DNA of 13,741 bases from the NCBI GenBank assembly GCA_045105775.1, contig JBGCDW010000074.1, positions 1 to 13,741 of the forward strand. The letters run 5' to 3'. Positions within the stretch are counted from its first letter, which is position 1, and each line of letters opens with the position of its first letter. The position numbers and the translations under genes are program-made. This document shows positions 7,675-13,741 of the stretch, one piece after another. The DNA is from Aureispira sp. (GTDB lineage: Bacteria; Bacteroidota; Bacteroidia; Chitinophagales; Saprospiraceae). The notes beneath the pieces are model-generated. The model ran no database searches. It worked only from the letters and a program-made list of their open reading frames with translations, and was not told where the DNA came from.

Positions 7675-10329
7675 TTAGAGTACTTTATCGGCAGCATCAT
7701 TGCCCATACCTAAGCTTTTGACCGTTTCCATCAAGTTTTGAATGACTCCTTTATCGTCGCCTACAGCTTTGTTGTACAACTGCATCAATAGGGCAGACAA
7801 GGTTACATTTTTGATGGTTTCAGTACCAATATCATACTGGCTTACAAAACCTCCAATACGCGATAGAATATTATCATCACCATCACCTAGCAAGGCACCT
7901 TTTACTACCTGCAATTCTTCACTGCTTTCCATTAACTTATCAATGGTTTTACCACGCTTAATAGCATTGATAATATTGTTGAAGAATTCTGTTTCACCGC
8001 CTACAATGTCAATATTAGCATTGTTGAAGGCCCCAGCTAGGATACGAGCGTGAGACTCTGCAATACCCAATTCTGCTTGGATTTCTGCAATTCTGATTTC
8101 TCTTTGCTGCTCTAGGCGCAATTTGAACTCTTCGTGCTCTTTGCCTACACCATCCAATAGCTTCATGGCATTGGCTTTGGCTTCAATACCTTTGGCTTCT
8201 GAAATCAATTTTTCACCAATAGTTTTGGCTTCGGCTAGTCCATGCTGCTCTAGTGTTTGAGCTTCGGCCAAACCTTTTTGTTCTTTGACCTTAGCCTCTG
8301 CTAGACCTTGTTGTTCGGTTACTTGCGCTTGAGCCAAACCTTCTTTTTCTAGGCGTAGAGCCTCGGCCAAACCTTGCTGCTCAGTTACTTTGGCTTCGGC
8401 CAAACCTTGCTCTTCAATAATTTTGGCTTCAATCAAACCTTGCTGTTCTTTAACTTTAGCAGCAGCTAGACCTTGTTGTTCGGTTACTTGCGCTTGAGCC
8501 AAACCTTCTTTTTCTAGGCGTAGAGCTTTTGCCAAGCCTTGTTGCTCCGTAACTTTGGCTTCGGCCAAACCTTGTTGCTCGGTTATTTGAGCTTTGGTTA
8601 AGCCTTTCTGCTCGATTACTTTGGCTTCGGCCAAGCCTTGCTGCTCTACAATTTTGGCTTCAGCCAGACCTTGCTGCTCGGTTACTTTGGCCGCTGCCAA
8701 TCCTTTCTTTTCCGTAGTTTGAGCCTCGGCCAAACCTTGCTGCTCAATAACTTTGGCTTTGGCCAAACCCTGACGCTCAATTATTTCTGCCTCTGTATTA
8801 CCTTTTTCTTTGATAATATCAACATCCACCATGCCTCTAGCACGTTCGGCTTCGGCTTTCATTTCAATGGCTTTGGCTTCAGCTTCAGCACGTTTTTGTA
8901 AAATATTGGCTTGTGTTATGCCCTCCATTTCTTTGGCTTCGGCTTTGGCTTTCATCACATCTGCTTCGGCCAAACCAACGGTTGCTTCTTCTGCCGCCAA
9001 TGCCTCTGCATTGATTTTACGTGCTTCGGCATCTTTTTGAGTAGCAGCTTTTTTAGCATCGGCCTCAATCACAATTTGCTGTGCTTTTACTTCTGCGGCT
9101 AGTTTATCTGATTCTGCACGACGTGTTTGAGTGATTTTTTGCATTTCAGCTTCTTTAGAAGCTTCAATTTCCGCTACTTTTTTGGCACGTTCGGCAGCAG
9201 CCAATTGCTTAACATCTTCAATTTTTTGATCTTCCTCTACGGTCTTTTTTTCCTCGGCTTTACGCTCTTTGATAATAACTTGGATGTCGCGTTTTTTCTC
9301 TTCTAGGATTTGCTCTTTTTCAATTTCTGCCAATCCTACCGTACGTTCTTTGTCTGCAATTGCTTTTTGTTCCTCTGTTTCTACGCGTTGAATTTGAACT
9401 TTTTCTAATTCTTCTTTATTGAGTCGAGCAAGGATGATTTGACGTTCTTTGTCTTCTTCTGCTTCCCCCAGCTTTTGTTCGGATTGCTTGCGAACCAGTT
9501 CAGTTTGCAAATCTTTTTCAATGACGACTTGTTTGGCCGCATTTTCCTGTTCACTAGTCAATTCTCGAATTTCACGTTTTTGTTTTTGTTCTTCTTCGAT
9601 TTGCTGTTTTTCTAAGCGAATGATGTTTTTTCTAGCCTCTACATCTTGCTCTTTGATGGTTTGTTCTCGATTGCGTCGAATTTGATTGGTGCGTTCTTGC
9701 TCTACAGACGTAAGCTCTTCAATCTTCTTGATACCTTGTGCATCTAGGATATTCTTTTGATCTAAATCAGATAAAGAGGTTTGCTCTAAGTAGTCAATAG
9801 CACAGTCATCGAGTTCATAACCATTGAGGTCTGTACCAATTGTTTTTAGAATTTCTTTCTTGAATTCCTCTCTTTGTGTATACAAGTTGATGAAATCAAA
9901 GCCTTTACCCACGGTTTTGAGTGCTTCGGAGAATTTGGCATCAAACAGATTGTTTAAGGTTTCTTGTTGAGAGGCACGTTGGCAACCGATGGTTTGTGCT
10001 ACTTCCTTAACAGAAGCCTCATCCTTGTTGATCCGCACAAAGAAGACCACCTTGATGTCTGCACGCATGTTGTCTTTACAAATCAATCCTTCTGACCCAG
10101 TACGATGTACCTCAATGGTTTTGAGAGAGATGTCCATTTCTTCTACCGTGTGCATGATCGGGAATACAAACAAACTGCCGTCTAAGACAACTTTGGTACC
10201 ACCCGCACCTGTACGTACCAAGGCTTTACCCTGTGGAGATTTACGCAGGGATTTTAATAAGACTAATATACCCCCTGTAGTGATAACAAGGAGGATAGCC
10301 AAAAATATATACAAAACAGATTCACCCAT
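7675..10329 (-). CDS. Flotillin-family SPFH/band-7 protein (YqiK/FloT-like), lengthened to 884 aa by a tandem 11-residue-repeat stalk
   Basis: N-terminal TM helix (VLYIFLAILLVITTGGILVLL). The SPFH core (aa ~30-215; KVVLDGSLFVFPIMHTVEEMDISLKTIEV...ADIKVVFFVRI...) has the typical flotillin beta-alpha pattern. A long E/K/Q-rich coiled coil follows. Next come about 17 hendecad repeats E-Q-Q-G-L-A-E-A-K-V-T. The C-terminus is flotillin-like (GAFNNANIDIVGGETEFF..., LLGDGDDNIL...GG). Confidence 0.88.
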   Translation of the reverse strand: MGESVLYIFLAILLVITTGGILVLLKSLRKSPQGKALVRTGAGGTKVVLDGSLFVFPIMHTVEEMDISLKTIEVHRTGSEGLICKDNMRADIKVVFFVRINKDEASVKEVAQTIGCQRASQQETLNNLFDAKFSEALKTVGKGFDFINLYTQREEFKKEILKTIGTDLNGYELDDCAIDYLEQTSLSDLDQKNILDAQGIKKIEELTSVEQERTNQIRRNREQTIKEQDVEARKNIIRLEKQQIEEEQKQKREIRELTSEQENAAKQVVIEKDLQTELVRKQSEQKLGEAEEDKERQIILARLNKEELEKVQIQRVETEEQKAIADKERTVGLAEIEKEQILEEKKRDIQVIIKERKAEEKKTVEEDQKIEDVKQLAAAERAKKVAEIEASKEAEMQKITQTRRAESDKLAAEVKAQQIVIEADAKKAATQKDAEARKINAEALAAEEATVGLAEADVMKAKAEAKEMEGITQANILQKRAEAEAKAIEMKAEAERARGMVDVDIIKEKGNTEAEIIERQGLAKAKVIEQQGLAEAQTTEKKGLAAAKVTEQQGLAEAKIVEQQGLAEAKVIEQKGLTKAQITEQQGLAEAKVTEQQGLAKALRLEKEGLAQAQVTEQQGLAAAKVKEQQGLIEAKIIEEQGLAEAKVTEQQGLAEALRLEKEGLAQAQVTEQQGLAEAKVKEQKGLAEAQTLEQHGLAEAKTIGEKLISEAKGIEAKANAMKLLDGVGKEHEEFKLRLEQQREIRIAEIQAELGIAESHARILAGAFNNANIDIVGGETEFFNNIINAIKRGKTIDKLMESSEELQVVKGALLGDGDDNILSRIGGFVSQYDIGTETIKNVTLSALLMQLYNKAVGDDKGVIQNLMETVKSLGMGNDAADKVL
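8180..8790 (-). repeat. Tandem 33-nt (11-codon) repeat array, about 17-18 units, inside the flotillin CDS. It contains a 165-bp higher-order duplication (8300..8361 is identical to 8465..8526)
   Basis: The protein reads E[QK][QK]GL[AT][EK]A[KQ][VI][TVK] repeated head to tail. At DNA level, the 62-bp string gctagaccttgttgttcggttacttgcgcttgagccaaaccttctttttctaggcgtagagc occurs twice, exactly 165 bp (5 units) apart. The flanking units are also near-identical. Confidence 0.85.
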
Positions 10330-10597
10330 GATTAATTGTTTTTAGTTAGTTGAGTAATAAGGCTTTGGCACAAAGGGTAATGCCAAAATATGAAATTGTT
10401 AGATTGAAAATTATTTTTTACAACTATTAACGCTTATCCCGAATAAAGTTGTATGGTTCGCTGTAGCATTTTTTCCTTTATCTGCATCATCGAAAGACGT
10501 ACAGCCTCTCCGAGGATGCACGTTTTCGCTTCTTCGCTAAAGATAAAAATCAAAACAGCTCTCTTTTCATAAATTCTATTCGTGATAACCGTTATTG

Positions 10598-11335
10598 TTA
10601 ATGCTGTGTCCAGCGTTGGACTAGGTATGTTTTTTTCTCTTCGTCTTCTTGTATGATAATCACTTCTGTACCTTTCTCTATGAGTTCACCTGTATCAGAA
10701 CGAACTCTTAAAGTAATAATAGATTCGTCAATAGTGGCTTTGAGCTGGCCCGTTTCCTCTCCTTTGATACTAGTGAGCAAAGTGCCTATTTTGCCATTAA
10801 TAACCAATGGTTTGGCAAAGGTATTTCCATGTTTAAACAAAGGAACCAAAGGCATGGTCAAGAATTTGGCAGCAAAAAGACTCGCCAATACAAGAGGCCC
10901 AAAGAGCAAAGCTGCCGTTCCCAAAGAATTGGTTGGATTGATCCAACTACTCTCATGGTTGCAGTAGACGGATAAAGACCATAAGGATAAAATAAACATG
11001 GACAATAAGACCATAAAAGGAACACGCCCTAAATTAAAAAAGCGTAAACCACCAAGTAAAATAGAACCAGCAGTAATTCCTGTATCGGCATTTGCATCTA
11101 CATCCGCATCCGCATCAACGTCTACATCGGCATCCACGTCTATATCAACATCCACATCAACGTCTACGTCGGCATCCACATCTATATCAAAGCTTTTTAG
11201 GCCTACCACACCTAAAATAACGGTTAGCCAGTAAAAACAGATGATTCCCAATAAAATGGTTAAAACAAAGTTGGGGGTGGATAAGGCTGCAGTGAGTAAC
11301 TCTTTCATAGGTTCATATTGTAATAAGTATAACAA
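10598..11335 (-). CDS. YqiJ/NfeD-like inner-membrane protein: N-terminal multi-TM domain plus C-terminal NfeD-type OB-fold beta domain, carrying an internal (Asp-Val)n dipeptide-repeat tract
   Basis: Several hydrophobic helices (FVLTILLGIICFYWLTVILGVVGL, ILLGGLRFFNLGRVPFMVLLSMFILSLWSLSV, AALLFGPLVLASLFAAKFLTMPLVPLF). The C-terminal ~70 aa (GKIGTLLTSIKGEETGQLKATIDESIITLRVRSDTGELIEKGTEVIIIQEDEEKKTYLVQRW) have the short all-beta character of NfeD/YqiJ C-terminal domains. The gene lies directly upstream of a flotillin gene, which is the conserved yqiJ-yqiK / nfeD-flotillin arrangement. Confidence 0.72.
   Translation of the reverse strand: MLYLLQYEPMKELLTAALSTPNFVLTILLGIICFYWLTVILGVVGLKSFDIDVDADVDVDVDVDIDVDADVDVDADADVDANADTGITAGSILLGGLRFFNLGRVPFMVLLSMFILSLWSLSVYCNHESSWINPTNSLGTAALLFGPLVLASLFAAKFLTMPLVPLFKHGNTFAKPLVINGKIGTLLTSIKGEETGQLKATIDESIITLRVRSDTGELIEKGTEVIIIQEDEEKKTYLVQRWTQH
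11086..11190 (-). repeat. Imperfect hexanucleotide (GAYRTN)n tandem repeat of about 17 units, encoding DIDVDADVDVDVDVDIDVDADVDVDADADVDANAD in the YqiJ-like protein
   Basis: Plus strand reads catccgcatccgcatcaacgtctacatcggcatccacgtctatatcaacatccacatcaacgtctacgtcggcatccacatctatatc. The encoded protein has a strict alternation of Asp with Val/Ala/Ile over 35 residues, located after the first TM helix. Confidence 0.85.
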
Positions 11336-11535
11336 GTAAGAAATACAAGCAATAATACTAAAATCCAGTAAATAAAAAGACCAACTTTCTTAATTAAATA
11401 ATTGATAGTAAAACTATTTTTAATAAAAGCTTAACTTTTGTTGTTGTATTGTTAATACATATAATTGGGCAAATTAGTTTCCTTGTGTGTTATTATTTTG
11501 GAATAGGTTTAATATTCTTAGACTACTTTAGTATT

Positions 11536-11576
11536 AAAAAAATGAGTCTTCCCATTTTATGCACGGGATGACTCAT
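11536..11576 (-). terminator. Second terminator-like hairpin plus U-tract, paralogous to the one at 11761..11797
   Basis: Stem atgagtcttccca / tgggatgactcat (11542..11554 pairs with 11564..11576; 12 of 13 positions pair, one t-t mismatch) around a 9-nt loop. A U7 tract follows on the minus strand (plus-strand A7 at 11536..11542). It shares the left arm 'aaaaaaatgagtc' and the 'ttatg' loop core with the downstream copy. Confidence 0.55.
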
Positions 11577-11760
11577 CGTTCTAGTATTTATAGAATCAAA
11601 AATAGTTTGTCTGTGATCGTAAGCTTAATTATAATCATCTAATAAGAAATTACGGTCAAGCGTCTTGTTTTATTGGGTGTGAACAAGTGCTAGAGCTTTT
11701 ACTTACGTGACCCCTGAAATTTGAGGTTGTACCTTTTTTCATCTACTTAAATGTTAGTGT

Positions 11761-11797
11761 CAAAAAAATGAGTCATCCTGTTTATGAATGACTCATA
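11761..11797 (-). terminator. Rho-independent terminator closing the three-gene module at 13702..11837
   Basis: On the minus strand, atgagtcat (11796..11788) and atgactcat (11776..11768) form a perfect 9-bp stem with an 11-nt loop. A U7 tract follows immediately (plus-strand A7 at 11762..11768). The element begins 40 nt after the lipoprotein stop codon. Confidence 0.7.
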
Positions 11798-11836
11798 ATT
11801 GAGTGTAGAATATTTTGTGTTCAATTGTAAATTTAG

Positions 11837-12325
11837 TTACAACCATCCAGTAATAAGATCACCTTTTAGCATAGGTGTTACAGACTGTACTTTTTCATCT
11901 TTCATTTTGATGTAATACTTAGGTTTGTCTTGCACAAAAACAACAAAAACATCTTTTAGTGGAATATCATTTTCCAATAAATCTTTATTTGCATCTGCGT
12001 TCTTTTTTTCTGCTGTTTCCCAAGTATGAATTTCACATTTTTGATTGTTTAGATCCATTCTTAATCCTGTTAATTGGGCGACATAAGCATCTAATAAGAA
12101 TTTACTGTCTTTAGAAGAATCTTGTTTTACTTGATCTATGTATAAAAAATGTTCATCTATTATATTATCAATACTTAGAGCATCATTTTTTAATGCACTA
12201 AATAATTTTTCTACTTTTTTAATATCTTGATCCATTATATTGTTTTTATGAATTTTGTTATTAGAGTCACAACTAATTATTGCTATACTTAATAATAGTG
12301 ATAATAAATTAAAGTAATTTAGCAT
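11837..12325 (-). CDS. Small lipoprotein of unknown function (162 aa)
   Basis: Signal peptide with lipobox MLNYFNLLSLLLSIAIIS|C (I-I-S-C fits [LVI][ASTVI][GAS]C). The start codon is 5 nt downstream of the preceding gene's stop, indicating translational coupling. A hairpin plus U-tract terminator follows directly. Confidence 0.7.
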   Translation of the reverse strand: MLNYFNLLSLLLSIAIISCDSNNKIHKNNIMDQDIKKVEKLFSALKNDALSIDNIIDEHFLYIDQVKQDSSKDSKFLLDAYVAQLTGLRMDLNNQKCEIHTWETAEKKNADANKDLLENDIPLKDVFVVFVQDKPKYYIKMKDEKVQSVTPMLKGDLITGWL

Positions 12326-12330
12326 GTTTT

Positions 12331-13134
12331 CTATTTTTGTTTACTGCTTCCATTTCCACCAGTTGTATTGGAGGTAACTTGACCATTGTGATCCTCTTTC
12401 AAATCTTCTCCTAGATCTCCGGGATTATGTCCACCACCAAATGGCCATGTACCCCTTTGAGATGAAACATTCCAACCTGCAGCTCCTGCCACTTCAATGC
12501 CAAAATCTGTGCAGTTGTAGGTATTGAGATTATAAGTATTTGACCCATTATTCTCTACATACTTTAATGCATCAAAAAATTGCTTGTGAGTTATCTCTCT
12601 AGTTGCTTGTACTTCTGCACCGTGTCCTGTATCAGATTGGAGCATTCCCCCTACTTCGGGTGCTCTAGGGTCAACACCACTACTAGGATAAAAACCTATG
12701 GTGGCTTCAACCTTGGTTCCATCAGTATTAATTTTCACAAGATGCACAAATGTATGGCCTACATCTACTGAAGTGAGGGGAGAACCTTCATAGGTATCTC
12801 TATCTCCTCCTGAACCTGGCTGGTCTACTAAGATAGAAATTTTATACGTTTTACCTTCTTTACAATCGTAAAATTGTTTAGTAAAGGTATTCCCTCCAGA
12901 GCAAGGTGCTTTATTATTTGAGTTTTGTTTGCTATTTGTATTGTGTTTTGTTCTCAGTTCGGCGAGTTTAGTCTGCACTAAGTTAATAGTATTTTGCATA
13001 CTATCTAACTGCTTCTGCTCGTCCGTATCAACAAAGCCATCTTCTGCAAACAAATTCTGATACTTAACTAAAGTATCTTTCATTGATTGTACTTCTTTTT
13101 CAAGTTTTTCTATTTTTTCAGCTTGAGTTGCCAT
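12331..13134 (-). CDS. N-terminal coiled-coil segment fused to a PPPDE/DeSI-type (DUF862-like) permuted-papain-fold cysteine peptidase domain (267 aa); no signal peptide
   Basis: N-terminal heptad-like helical segment (aa 1-65). Domain aa ~95-225 has the His-before-Cys order of permuted papain folds. The TYKISILVDQPGSGG block matches the DeSI 'KLYVYDL..G' start. The VDVGHTFVHLV block matches 'GIWHTSIVV' (His127, codon 12754..12756). The YNLNTYNCTDFGIEVAGAAG block matches DeSI-1 'YNLFEHNCNTFSNEVAQFL' almost residue for residue (Cys208, codon 12511..12513). The C-terminal tail is Gly/Asn/Thr-rich and low-complexity. Confidence 0.78.
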   Translation of the reverse strand: MATQAEKIEKLEKEVQSMKDTLVKYQNLFAEDGFVDTDEQKQLDSMQNTINLVQTKLAELRTKHNTNSKQNSNNKAPCSGGNTFTKQFYDCKEGKTYKISILVDQPGSGGDRDTYEGSPLTSVDVGHTFVHLVKINTDGTKVEATIGFYPSSGVDPRAPEVGGMLQSDTGHGAEVQATREITHKQFFDALKYVENNGSNTYNLNTYNCTDFGIEVAGAAGWNVSSQRGTWPFGGGHNPGDLGEDLKEDHNGQVTSNTTGGNGSSKQK

Positions 13135-13162
13135 GTGTTAATTTTTTTAGTCGGGGGAATGA

Positions 13163-13702
13163 TTATAAATTTAGAGCTTTTACGATTGCATCAAGTCGGT
13201 CGCTAATCTTGCCAATGTTTTCATTGATTTTTGCTCTAGCTTTTTCATTGACCCTTTTGCCAGGTTTTGAGCTGTCAGAGCCTTGTGCTACGGCCTCTTT
13301 GAGTGCGTTTAGTTGTGTTTGTAGTTCATCGATTTGTGCTTGCTCTTCCTCATCGATTACGCCGTCTTTTTTAGCTTCTTCGATGAGCTTGCTTAAAGCC
13401 GTTTCATATTTGGCAATATTGGCGTTCAATGTATCTTGAGGAGCTTTATCTTTGACTTTATCCATCTTGTCAATGCCCTCTCTCATTTGACCCATTTGGG
13501 TGCTTCTTTTAGCTTTATTGGCTTCAAGTGTAGCTGTATCTTGGTCCTCTCCTGTAGTTTCTGTTTCATCATCTGATACACTAGAAGCGTTAGGGTTGTA
13601 TAAGCGTAGAATTTCGCCATTTTTGGCAGCATAATCAGTATCGGCAAAAATTTGTTCCAAAGAACCTTTATCTTCTCCTTCTACTTTACCTTCTAAGGAC
13701 AT
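13163..13702 (-). CDS. Acidic coiled-coil protein of unknown function (179 aa as annotated; may extend N-terminally beyond the window end)
   Basis: ORF with a Met start at 13702. The 39 nt from that Met to the window end are also open in frame, so the true start may lie outside the window. The sequence is strongly acidic and helical (EEEQAQIDELQTQLNALKEAVAQG). It shares the motif G-[VF]-[IV]-D-x-[ED]-E-Q-x-Q-[IL]-D-x-[LM]-Q-[TN]-x-[LI]-N with the N-terminus of the downstream peptidase-domain protein. Confidence 0.65.
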   Translation of the reverse strand: MSLEGKVEGEDKGSLEQIFADTDYAAKNGEILRLYNPNASSVSDDETETTGEDQDTATLEANKAKRSTQMGQMREGIDKMDKVKDKAPQDTLNANIAKYETALSKLIEEAKKDGVIDEEEQAQIDELQTQLNALKEAVAQGSDSSKPGKRVNEKARAKINENIGKISDRLDAIVKALNL

Positions 13703-13741
13703 GAAACATTCCTTGGTGGTTGGGTTTAGGTTTTTTACAAG

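Noticed and set aside
8638-9102. Plus-strand ORFs (8638..8901, 8810..9040, 8911..9102) with FGFG and SASA low-complexity translations, and the ORFs at 7742..8053 and 9449..9685
   Set aside because: They are antisense to the flotillin repeat and coiled-coil region. Their repetitiveness simply mirrors the sense-strand EA/EQQGLAEAK repeats.
10998-11234. Plus-strand ORF encoding an (STSA)n protein, and the ORF at 10653..10967
   Set aside because: The first is antisense to the (DV)n hexanucleotide repeat of the YqiJ-like gene. The second is antisense to its C-terminal domain. Both are shadow ORFs.
1-13741. Searched for CRISPR arrays, tRNA or rRNA genes, and canonical phage genes
   Set aside because: No regularly spaced direct repeats with unique spacers are present. 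The only tandem repeats are in-frame protein-coding ones. No cloverleaf-compatible GC-rich stems sit in the intergenic segments. There are no capsid, terminase or integrase-like ORFs.

Overview
AT-rich window in which every credible gene lies on the minus strand. Start codons lack Shine-Dalgarno motifs and sit behind A-rich leaders, which points to a Bacteroidota-like host (inference).

Reading in the direction of transcription, from high to low coordinates, the window holds:

(i) A tight three-gene module at 13702..11837: an acidic coiled-coil protein, then a coiled-coil protein fused to a PPPDE/DeSI-type permuted-papain cysteine-peptidase domain, then a small lipoprotein. Two nearly identical rho-independent terminator hairpins follow, about 220 bp apart.

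(ii) A four-gene cassette at 11335..752: a YqiJ/NfeD-like membrane protein carrying an unusual (Asp-Val)n dipeptide tract; a flotillin (SPFH/band-7) protein lengthened to 884 aa by about 17 tandem 11-residue repeats, including a recent 165-bp internal duplication; a 607-aa signal-peptide protein of unknown function; and a 1657-aa protein with a beta-rich N-terminus, a roughly 700-aa helical middle, and a single MoxR/AAA_5-type AAA+ ATPase module near the C-terminus.

(iii) The 5' part of an IS630-family transposase gene at the left edge, with a possible frameshift.

No rRNA, tRNA or CRISPR array was found. The candidate novel system is the YqiJ-flotillin pair extended by a secreted protein and a giant AAA+ ATPase. 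The second candidate is the peptidase-plus-lipoprotein module.
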